Below, one piece after another: positions 1 through 6,836 of a stretch of DNA of 13,190 nucleotides (position 1 is the stretch's first letter; each line of letters begins with the position of its first letter). The stretch is from Bdellovibrionia bacterium (GTDB taxonomy: Bacteria > Bdellovibrionota > UBA1018). Both the position numbers and the translations under genes were made by a program. The stretch lies in assembly GCA_049424145.1 (NCBI GenBank), contig JBMSSC010000077.1:1-13190 (forward strand), given 5' to 3'. The notes under the pieces are model-generated. The model saw only the letters and a list, made by a program, of their open reading frames with translations. It was not told where the DNA came from and did no database searches.

Positions 1-44
1 TGCCTACTCGCCCCCACTTTCTCTATCAAAAAATTCATCCAAAT

Positions 45-56
45 TGTCAAAGAGCA
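45..56 (-). promoter_or_regulatory. boxA-like antitermination element (rrn leader type)
   Basis: The minus strand reads TGCTCTTTGACA, an 11/12 match to rrn boxA TGCTCTTTAACA. It lies about 100 nt downstream of a candidate promoter and after a hairpin at 76-126 (AACGAAGAA/TTCTTCGTT arms). Confidence 0.65.
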
Positions 57-153
57 CCGAACCAAGAGAATAATCAACGAAGAAGTAAACTTCACCACTC
101 GCTTGAGGGGCTTGTTTTTCTTCGTTTAAACCGCTCTCGTTCGGAAGAACCAT

Positions 154-202
154 GGTTTACTCTCGTTTTAAAAATTGTGCAATAGTCTTTTTTATTTTTT
201 TT
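154..202 (-). promoter_or_regulatory. Candidate sigma70-type promoter with A-tract UP element, probably for an rRNA operon left of the window
   Basis: On the minus strand: A-tracts (202-188), TTGCAC (182-177), a 17-nt spacer, then TAAACC (159-154). It points toward the boxA-like site. Confidence 0.5.
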
Positions 203-439
203 CGACCCAGGCTTTTTTCCCGATTTTGAGACCCGTAGGACCGAGTCTGCTCCTCTTGAAACCAAAAGACGGATCACCTTTATCATGATGAAAAACTCAG
301 CTCCAGAGCCTGAGAGCAGCGACTCAAGTGGTCTCTGCATGAAGACTCCGCGAGACTGAGCAACCGGGATTACTCCATCAACCTGGGACCCCAGGGCAAG
401 GAAATCATTTCTCGTTCACCGCTTCAGCCCGAGCGTCTT

Positions 440-1561
440 TTAATCGACTTTCCTCTTTAAAATGGAAATATGTCCCGCTTTTGAGAAGATCCGAAGCAAT
501 TCTCCACCTTCACCCACCCGCCCCAAAAGGTGACTCACAGGTTCACCCCCCTCCTTTGAGCTCCACCCGGAGCGAATCACGGGAAACTCCAGAGTGGATA
601 CTCCATTCACGCTCCAAATATCCGCATCCACTGAAAGGCCTTCAGGGAAGTTCATAACAATGTTTCCCTGATTCGTTTCGATCCAGGCTGGCTCCGTGGG
701 CTTCCATTGGCGGACACGAATCATCACGTTTCCAGAATGAGATTTTCCACTCACCCATCCCTTTAAGTCGAAAAGCTCAACCGATGACTCCTCTGTACTA
801 AACTCAACTTTACCCTCAAGCTGCTCCCCGAAGATCTTCCCACGAGTTGAAATATACAGCTGCTCGCCTTCCACACGACTCAACTTTTGATGGGCTGCTT
901 GAGTCTCAACATAAATCTTCCCCGATGCTTCCTCTAAATTAAAATCCCCTTCCCCCCCGCTATATCGAACCGACGCCTGAATTTTCTTCAGCGACGAACT
1001 GCACCGCGCACACTGAATCTGAAGCTGACTCCCCTTGACCTCAGATAAAATCACGGAACCTGAATTCATTCGCAAATCAACGGAGGCATTCCAATTTCTC
1101 ACCTCCACTTTCCCCTGAGTGGCCCAAAGCTTCAGTGCAAGATAGGAAGGGGCCATAATTTCCAAATCAATTCGAACCTGTCTTTTCAATGCCTCATGGG
1201 CACCCTTTTCAATCTCAAACCCCCCACCATATCGACTGGATAGCTCAATACCACCTGACTTCTCTGAGTATCGATACCCCAGAGACTCCATCATTTTTTG
1301 AGCCTTCTTTGAATCCTCTTCTAGAACTTGTTTTTTTATTTTTAAACGAATCTTATCCAGGGCCCATCCATGAACTTGAATATCCCCCTTCGAATTAGTG
1401 ACTTCAAATACACCGCGAGATCTCACCTGAAAATCAACCTCTGAGGTTTCAACGCGGGGAACTAACCCAAAAGCCGCAGAACTACCCACCGCAAGCTCCC
1501 CTAAACAAAACCACAGAATTGCAACACGCGTAAATCGGATCCATAAGCGCATACCTGTCAT
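440..1561 (-). CDS. DUF4097-like beta-strand repeat (putative adhesin) exported protein
   Basis: 373-aa ORF with a hydrophobic N-terminal signal/anchor. It has 'NSKGDIQVHGW' and repeated S/T-x-x-G-x-V/I units (MNSGSV, SHSGNV, TNQGNI, SVNGVS) and ends in 'LRIFSKAGHISI', as expected for DUF4097 proteins. Confidence 0.75.
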   Translation of the reverse strand: MTGMRLWIRFTRVAILWFCLGELAVGSSAAFGLVPRVETSEVDFQVRSRGVFEVTNSKGDIQVHGWALDKIRLKIKKQVLEEDSKKAQKMMESLGYRYSEKSGGIELSSRYGGGFEIEKGAHEALKRQVRIDLEIMAPSYLALKLWATQGKVEVRNWNASVDLRMNSGSVILSEVKGSQLQIQCARCSSSLKKIQASVRYSGGEGDFNLEEASGKIYVETQAAHQKLSRVEGEQLYISTRGKIFGEQLEGKVEFSTEESSVELFDLKGWVSGKSHSGNVMIRVRQWKPTEPAWIETNQGNIVMNFPEGLSVDADIWSVNGVSTLEFPVIRSGWSSKEGGEPVSHLLGRVGEGGELLRIFSKAGHISILKRKVD

Positions 1562-1868
1562 TATAGGCGCGGATACAAGATTAGGGTGGTTTTTTTTTCT
1601 TCAACGGGATAAGAAACGGCCTTCTTGAGTTGCCCAGACCTTCTTGCTCAACCCTAGGCAAACCAATGAATCCTGGTTTGTGGTGGCACCCTGTTGGGAA
1701 AAAAACAGAAAACCCAGGCGGAAAATCAAGAGCAAGAAATGAGGCGCTTTTCTCTGCCTCACCGGTTGCACCAAGGAACCCGGGTGAACTCAAGAAGAGA
1801 TGACCCATGCTCGGCCGCTGAAGCCGCCAATGAAGAAAGGATCAGCCCCCTGGAGCAAAGGAAAACCC

Positions 1869-2534
1869 ATGGCTTTTCAAGACCTACTGATTTCTGAGAT
1901 TTTTCATAGTTTACAAGGAGAGACCTCCCTAAGCGGAGTTCCCTTTGCTTTCATTCGGCTTACGGGCTGCAACTTAAGGTGCACTTACTGTGATACGACT
2001 TATTCCTTTAAAGGCGGTAAAAAGATTAGGATATCCGAAGTATTGGATATCATCCAGCCCTTTCAAGTCAAACATGCGCTGATTACGGGAGGAGAGCCAT
2101 TGATTCAAAGGCAAACCCCTGCTCTGCTTCAAGCCCTTGTCGAGGCCAACTATCAAGTGAGTATTGAAACCCATGGAGAGCTCCCCATTGGATCAGTGGT
2201 GGAAAAAGCCCGAATCATCTTAGACATCAAAACCCCTTCAAGCGGGATGTGCCGAGGAGGGTTCGAAAAGAACCTCCCCCTTTTAAAGCCCACTGATGAA
2301 GTTAAGTTCGTGATTGCATCAGAAAACGATTACCACTGGGCTAAATCATGGCTTCCCAAGATCAGAACCCATGAGATTCTCTTCTCAGCGGCAAATCCCG
2401 CTCAGAACTCCCCAGGCCAGTTCTCTGCCGTCAGCCCCACTTGGCTTGCCGAGCAAATTCTTAAGGATAAACTCCCCGTTCGCTTGCAAGTTCAGCTGCA
2501 TAAAATCCTCTGGGGCAATCAACGAGGGGTCTAA
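1869..2534 (+). CDS. queE: 7-carboxy-7-deazaguanine synthase (radical SAM)
   Basis: Motifs: EIFHSLQGE, FIRLTGCNLRCTYCDT (CxxxCxxC), ITGGEPL, SIETHG, DIKTPSSG, DEVKFVI, and C-terminal RLQVQLHKILWG. The start is placed at ATG 1869 after AAGGA; the ORF track's 1800 start adds 23 aa that do not resemble QueE. Confidence 0.9.
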   Translation: MAFQDLLISEIFHSLQGETSLSGVPFAFIRLTGCNLRCTYCDTTYSFKGGKKIRISEVLDIIQPFQVKHALITGGEPLIQRQTPALLQALVEANYQVSIETHGELPIGSVVEKARIILDIKTPSSGMCRGGFEKNLPLLKPTDEVKFVIASENDYHWAKSWLPKIRTHEILFSAANPAQNSPGQFSAVSPTWLAEQILKDKLPVRLQVQLHKILWGNQRGV

Positions 2535-2552
2535 TCCGCCTCAATTCGCCTT

Positions 2553-3323
2553 TTAGAGCTTAAAACCAAGACCTAGCACCGCATAATGAACCCAGGTGAA
2601 GTTATAAACATTACCTCCCCCATCGGCTCCGCCCTCAACCGTGCGATAGCCCAAATAACTCTCCCATGTTGGCCCCAGCTGCATCGACAGAAGCAAACCA
2701 ATGTCTTCAGCTCGACCCTGAGGAGCAGCTAATGCATCGACATCCAACAAAAATTTCATGGATTCGGAGAGTTGATAGGCGGCTAAGAAATTCAACAGCG
2801 GGACAAACCCCAAATCCGTCCTTGTGGCTGAGGAGCTTCCTTGAGTTAAACGAATCTCGGCATCTCGGCACTTCAAAGTGCCCCCAAACTTGAGATTCCA
2901 ACGTTCGGACTGGTAAATTTGATATCGATAGGTGAAACGGTAAGAGTTAAATCGATACAACCCTTCGGTTTTTGCGGCCTTAGAAAACTGTATCCCTTGG
3001 TAATTGACATCGACTCCCAAATTTCCCGAAAAATTTAAGGATAATGGAGCATAGAGAAATCGAAGCTCACTTTTTTCAGAGATTTTAAGTGAGGCATCGA
3101 CTCGAAAAAACGGGTTTGGACCTAAACCCAGATCGGTGAAATCGAAGCGAGTCCCCGTGGGTGTGGGGATCTGAACACGATTGACTGATTGCCAGGCTGG
3201 ACCAAACTCAAGGCGCATTTGAAGCGAGGAATTGGATTGAGGCTTCTTTTCCTCCCCATCGCTCCGAGCAAGAGTTGGGAATGCAAAAAGACTGGTCACC
3301 AAAACAAGTTGAGATAGTTTCAT
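2553..3323 (-). CDS. Exported protein, probable outer-membrane beta-barrel
   Basis: 256 aa with a Sec-type signal (MKLSQLVLVTSLFAFPTLA). It has many amphipathic aromatic-rich strands (YRFNSYRFTYRY, WNLKFGGTLK, YLGYRTVEGG) and a C-terminal strand YAVLGLGFKL. Confidence 0.65.
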   Translation of the reverse strand: MKLSQLVLVTSLFAFPTLARSDGEEKKPQSNSSLQMRLEFGPAWQSVNRVQIPTPTGTRFDFTDLGLGPNPFFRVDASLKISEKSELRFLYAPLSLNFSGNLGVDVNYQGIQFSKAAKTEGLYRFNSYRFTYRYQIYQSERWNLKFGGTLKCRDAEIRLTQGSSSATRTDLGFVPLLNFLAAYQLSESMKFLLDVDALAAPQGRAEDIGLLLSMQLGPTWESYLGYRTVEGGADGGGNVYNFTWVHYAVLGLGFKL

Positions 3324-3414
3324 GATGATTTAAAAGTCTAAACGAAATGTGACTTAAGTACAGAAAAAAACTGGAACTCTCATTTTCACAAACAAAAGAA
3401 ACTTCTGACAAGGA

Positions 3415-3444
3415 TTGACAACCCCCACATCTCCTTGGTATCGA
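3415..3444 (+). promoter_or_regulatory. Candidate tRNA promoter
   Basis: Perfect TTGACA (3415-3420), an 18-nt spacer, then TG-n-TATCGA (3436-3444) as an extended -10-like element. It ends 15 nt before the tRNA and has A-rich sequence upstream. Confidence 0.55.
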
Positions 3445-3459
3445 TCATCCATGTCACGG

Positions 3460-3537
3460 GGTGACGTACCAGAATTGGCTAATGGCAGTGATTGCAAATC
3501 ACTTGTTGTGTCGGTTCGAGTCCGACCGTCACCTCCA
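3460..3537 (+). tRNA. tRNA-Cys(GCA)
   Basis: Acceptor stem GGTGACG/CGTCACC, D-arm CCA..TGG containing GG, anticodon stem AGTGA/TCACT with loop TTGCAAA (GCA at 3494-3496), and T-arm GTCGG-TTCGAGT-CCGAC. The discriminator is U73 (a Cys identity element) and CCA is encoded. Confidence 0.96.
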
Positions 3538-3545
3538 TAAAGTTT

Positions 3546-3584
3546 GACCTTCTAGTTCTAAAAACTAGGAGGTCTTTTTATTTT
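3546..3584 (+). terminator. Intrinsic terminator of the tRNA
   Basis: 12-bp stem GACCTTCTAGTT/AACTAGGAGGTC (one G:U) with a 5-nt loop, followed by TTTTTATTTT. Confidence 0.85.
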
Positions 3585-3613
3585 AAGCACTTACGATTCA
3601 AGCACTTACGATT
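3585..3613. repeat. 14-bp tandem direct repeat, IHF-site-like
   Basis: AAGCACTTACGATT occurs at 3585-3598 and 3600-3613. ATTCAAGCACTTA (3596-3608) has one mismatch to the IHF consensus WATCAANNNNTTR. Confidence 0.75.
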
Positions 3614-3658
3614 TTGTTGCACCGCAGATATTTCAGAAACAGTCGCAAAATTTCTGGA

Positions 3659-3688
3659 TTCATCTATTTTTCATCTACTTTTCATCTA
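3659..3688. repeat. Three direct repeats TTCATCTA with an 11-bp period
   Basis: Copies are at 3659-3666, 3670-3677 and 3681-3688. Confidence 0.85.
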
Positions 3689-3820
3689 CAGGTGAAAAAC
3701 CAAAACACAGTCTAGACGGGCTTCTTGGGAAGCTCACTCTTAAATCTCTGTTGTCGTGGAGATCGCGTCGGACAGAAAGAAGGCACAGCTATGTCCTAAA
3801 TTTCTAAAACCCTAGAAATG

Positions 3821-3851
3821 AAAAAAGCCCACTTGCTAAAGTGAGCTTTTT
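3821..3851 (-). terminator. Intrinsic terminator-like hairpin (best on the minus strand, possibly bidirectional)
   Basis: AAAAAA-GCCCACTT-GCTA-AAGTGAGC-TTTTT. The single C/A mismatch becomes a G:U pair on the minus strand. Confidence 0.6.
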
Positions 3852-3874
3852 AAACTTTTTGCGGCCAAGTTTAA

Positions 3875-3909
3875 GCCTCGCTGTCTCAACTCAGCGGGGC
3901 ATTTTTTTT
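3875..3909 (+). terminator. Intrinsic terminator-like hairpin
   Basis: 9-bp stem GCCTCGCTG/CAGCGGGGC (one G:U) with an 8-nt loop, followed by ATTTTTTTT. Confidence 0.7.
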
Positions 3910-4019
3910 GTTTGCCCCAAAAATAAAATCACTCTATCCAGCTGAAATTATTGATTTTTTAGACTCAAAGAACCCATTTTTTTCAATTCAAATCCATGAA
4001 GCAAAAGAGCTCTTATTTG

Positions 4020-4048
4020 TTGACAAATTAAAGCAAGTATTATACTCC
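4020..4048 (+). promoter_or_regulatory. Candidate promoter for the exonuclease gene (possibly a leaderless transcript)
   Basis: TTGACA (4020-4025) followed by TATACT (4041-4046, 15-nt spacer) or TACTCC (4043-4048, 17-nt spacer). An ATG follows at 4055 with no Shine-Dalgarno. Confidence 0.55.
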
Positions 4049-4054
4049 TCTTCT

Positions 4055-5026
4055 ATGCCAAAAACCACAGTCCGTTTTTCTCTCCCGTGGGTCTTAGCCA
4101 CTCAGCTGATCAGCGCTCAAGCCCACGCCACACTGGATTTCGACACCCAGCATCCACCTCGAGAACCAAGAATCAAAACCTCCGAACAGGAATCCGATCA
4201 TACCCCCAGTGATTTGAAGCAATCAGGATCCCTGGCTGCGGATTTTTCACGCGCAAACCTAAATGAGAGCTCCGTCAAGGAGCTGACCCAGACGAATTTC
4301 AGCACCCCAGGCGCACCGATTGCACTTCCACTCGATCAACAGGAGTCTTCAGGAAGACCACGTCCGCTGGACGGGGTTCATTCAGGTGCAGATCCGATGA
4401 TCGCCCCCCCAGGAGAACTTCTCACGACTCAGGACAAAAGCCGATCCCATGGGAGAGCCTTCATGACTGAAACTCAAAAGTATACCCAGTTGATCAACGT
4501 CATTGACCTAGAATCCACGTGCTGGACCAAGGAAGAAGCTGCGGGAAAAATCAGCGAGATCATTGAAATTGGGATCACCGTTGTCGATCGCGAATCCCTT
4601 CAGATCTTATCCACTGAATCCCTCTTGATTCGCCCCGAGGTGAGCGAAATCAGCGATTTCTGCACGCAACTCACCTCGCTCACCCCGTCCTACGTGGCTG
4701 AACAGGGCATGACATTCAGCCAAGCCCTTGAGATTCTGGAGAAGCGATACGACTTTAGGTCTCGCCTGTTTGCTTCCTATGGCGACTATGATCGCAAGAT
4801 GTTTGAAAGACAATTCGCTCGTTTGGGAATCCCCACGATCCTGGGGTCAGAGCACTTAAATATCAAAAGAGCCTTTGCTCAGACGGAGGGATTAAAGAAA
4901 GAAGTGAGCATGCCAGGCGCTCTCCATCGCTTAGGCCTAGGGCTCATAGGAACCCACCATCGAGGAGGGGATGACAGCAGAAACATTGCTCAGATCCTCA
5001 TTCACCTGCTAAAATCGACACATTAA
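4055..5026 (+). CDS. DEDDh 3'-5' exonuclease, ERI1/KapD-like; catalytic domain 4463-5026, start uncertain (4055 or 4463)
   Basis: ExoI VIDLESTCW, EIIEIG, ExoII YGDYDRKMF and ExoIII HHRGGDDSRNIA. In-frame ATG 4463 has GGGAG upstream. In-frame ATG 4055 begins a signal-peptide-like segment. The track's TTG 3908 start lies inside a terminator T-tract and is unlikely. Confidence 0.85.
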   Translation: MPKTTVRFSLPWVLATQLISAQAHATLDFDTQHPPREPRIKTSEQESDHTPSDLKQSGSLAADFSRANLNESSVKELTQTNFSTPGAPIALPLDQQESSGRPRPLDGVHSGADPMIAPPGELLTTQDKSRSHGRAFMTETQKYTQLINVIDLESTCWTKEEAAGKISEIIEIGITVVDRESLQILSTESLLIRPEVSEISDFCTQLTSLTPSYVAEQGMTFSQALEILEKRYDFRSRLFASYGDYDRKMFERQFARLGIPTILGSEHLNIKRAFAQTEGLKKEVSMPGALHRLGLGLIGTHHRGGDDSRNIAQILIHLLKSTH

Positions 5027-5053
5027 AAGATCCTGAGATTTTATTTTTTTTCC

Positions 5054-6649
5054 TCATAATCCAGGCTCCTTGCGATCCATACTAGATTGAGCATGGAACA
5101 TCAGGTTCACCTCTCGACCTGACTCTTTTGCTAACTGACGGACTGCTTGAAGAATCCCCAGCTTCTGAAGGAGCTCATGAGCCACCTGAGGATCCTCACA
5201 ATACCCACTTCCAATTGGATCTCCCAAGGCATTGACCCCGATTGGGAAAGTCCGAGTCTTCTTTTTTGAATCCGGCATCCGAATCACTTTTTTTCCAGAA
5301 GTGGTGTTATGCTGCTGTTGCGCCTCAGCAAACAGGGAATAGACTTTGCGAAAAGCCTCATCGGAAAGCGTAACGGCGAGATCGAAATCGGAATGACGAT
5401 CAAAGACCTTTCGCATTCTCCCTTGGGCTTTTGGAGAAAAACTCAGTCCGGAGGCGGCACTCCCGGAAAACCGAAGTTGAATGAGATCTTGAGAGGCTTG
5501 ACTTGTCGCATTGCATGATGAGCTCAAACCTGGGGATGATTCTTTCAGAAAGGTTTCGCATAGACCCTCTCGCATTTGTTTGAGCAATGTCTGCGAGCGA
5601 TCCAAAAACTCCGTCCGAGTTGAAAATCCATAAGGAAAGCCTCTTTGATCCGCGGGAATCACCTGAGAGTAAAGGAGATCCTCAAGCGATTGGGTCTCAT
5701 TCTGAATGCGAGTCATCACCCCTGCTAACTCGTGCTCCAGAATGTTATGATAACATTTAGACCGGATGCTCCGACTTGGATTATCCCCTAAACAATCTTG
5801 ATACGGCCGAGAGGATTCAAGCCTATTTTTTTCCAGCTGAAGTTTTTCCCTTTTTATCCAATCCACGGAGGCCTTATCAACGGGGATAAAAACTAGCGGC
5901 TCACGTCCAACTTGACGAACCTCTTTCATCTTTTGGACCCGTTTCTTCAACTCATCCAATTGATCTTTAAATTTTTCATCACTGATCCAAGACCCAACCG
6001 ACTGTAACGTCAGAGGCAACCAACGATTCCACTCAGACCGGGGGTAGATCTCAGGGATTTGAAGAACTTGAGAAAGCAGGAGGATCTTATTCAGGGAGGA
6101 GCCAGCGAACAAGGTGATCAAAGGATCCTGGCTTTTGAGAAGCTTGAGAATTTCCTCCCTGCGACTGAGGGAGTCTTCGCGCCATTCCAACTTTCTCATC
6201 AACCGCTTTTGAGCCCAAACTTTCCACTCCTCTGAAGCGCCTAAGGAGGGACAAGCCTCTGAATCGAGATCAAAGCCTAAATCTCTGAATCGCAAAGCCC
6301 ATCGAGAGACATCTCCCAATGAGTTCTCAATGTTAAGGCACTCCAAACCCAATCCCAATTGAGAGGGGCTCCTCTTCAGTGAATCTAAAATCTTTGCGAT
6401 TTTTCCAACAGGCGCCCCCTCTAAAGGCGCATGTTCCTCACACCTCTGAAGTGGCTCAGAAACCTCAGCAATCAGAGCGGCTCTTTGGCTTAAATGAACT
6501 GAATTTTCTGTCTTCTTTAAAAATCGAATCACCTGACACGCGTCATCGGCAAACTCCATCAATCGATCTCGATTACACTGTGATTCGGCTCGACTCAGAA
6601 CAGGAAGGACAATAAAAAAAATAGACCAGACCATTCGTCTTTTGTTCAT
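5054..6649 (-). CDS. Secreted protein with C-terminal Pol-beta-superfamily nucleotidyltransferase-like domain
   Basis: 531 aa with signal peptide MNKRRMVWSIFFIVLPVLSRA and 10 Cys. The N-terminal region looks helical. The C-terminal region has FPYGF, RFSGSAASG (G396-S397), SDFDLAV (D421, D423) and REVNLMF. Confidence 0.7.
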   Translation of the reverse strand: MNKRRMVWSIFFIVLPVLSRAESQCNRDRLMEFADDACQVIRFLKKTENSVHLSQRAALIAEVSEPLQRCEEHAPLEGAPVGKIAKILDSLKRSPSQLGLGLECLNIENSLGDVSRWALRFRDLGFDLDSEACPSLGASEEWKVWAQKRLMRKLEWREDSLSRREEILKLLKSQDPLITLFAGSSLNKILLLSQVLQIPEIYPRSEWNRWLPLTLQSVGSWISDEKFKDQLDELKKRVQKMKEVRQVGREPLVFIPVDKASVDWIKREKLQLEKNRLESSRPYQDCLGDNPSRSIRSKCYHNILEHELAGVMTRIQNETQSLEDLLYSQVIPADQRGFPYGFSTRTEFLDRSQTLLKQMREGLCETFLKESSPGLSSSCNATSQASQDLIQLRFSGSAASGLSFSPKAQGRMRKVFDRHSDFDLAVTLSDEAFRKVYSLFAEAQQQHNTTSGKKVIRMPDSKKKTRTFPIGVNALGDPIGSGYCEDPQVAHELLQKLGILQAVRQLAKESGREVNLMFHAQSSMDRKEPGL

Positions 6650-6836
6650 TATTTGTTCACTTTCGATCTTTTTTTATTTTATTCTTTCGCAGGAAAAGAA
6701 CAATAAAAAGCTCCAAAATAAAAATTGAACCTCGTTAACTCAAAAAAGATCAAACAAAAAAACCAGACTCAATGAATCAAAAAGGGGGCACTTCATTCCC
6801 CTTGAATTTGGAATCGTTATTGCTAACGCAGATCCA

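Noticed and set aside
92..340. 82-aa minus-strand ORF
   Set aside because: It overlaps the candidate rrn promoter and leader, its Lys runs come from A-tracts, and it has no clear RBS or recognisable domain.
1655..1720. Possible c-di-GMP-I (GGCAAACC) or preQ1 riboswitch upstream of queE
   Set aside because: The GGGACGCAAAG-type partner of the c-di-GMP-I motif is absent, and I could not build a preQ1 stem plus pseudoknot tail.
1581..1897. Short ORFs 1581-1808 (-) and 1694-1897 (+)
   Set aside because: They lie in a divergent promoter region, overlap each other and the queE frame, and show no protein-like motifs.
3585..3688. Repeats as a CRISPR array
   Set aside because: The units are only 8-14 bp, adjacent, without ~30-bp unique spacers, and there are no cas genes.
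3208..3695. ORFs 3208-3411 (-) and 3492-3695 (+)
   Set aside because: They overlap the beta-barrel gene start and upstream region, or the tRNA, its terminator and the repeats.
3908..4054. ORF-track N-terminus of the exonuclease from TTG 3908
   Set aside because: It starts inside a terminator T-tract and runs across AT-rich promoter DNA.
5054..6649. NTase as a CBASS CD-NTase or MNT-HEPN antitoxin
   Set aside because: It has a signal peptide and a C-terminally placed NTase, and there are no adjacent Cap effector or HEPN genes.
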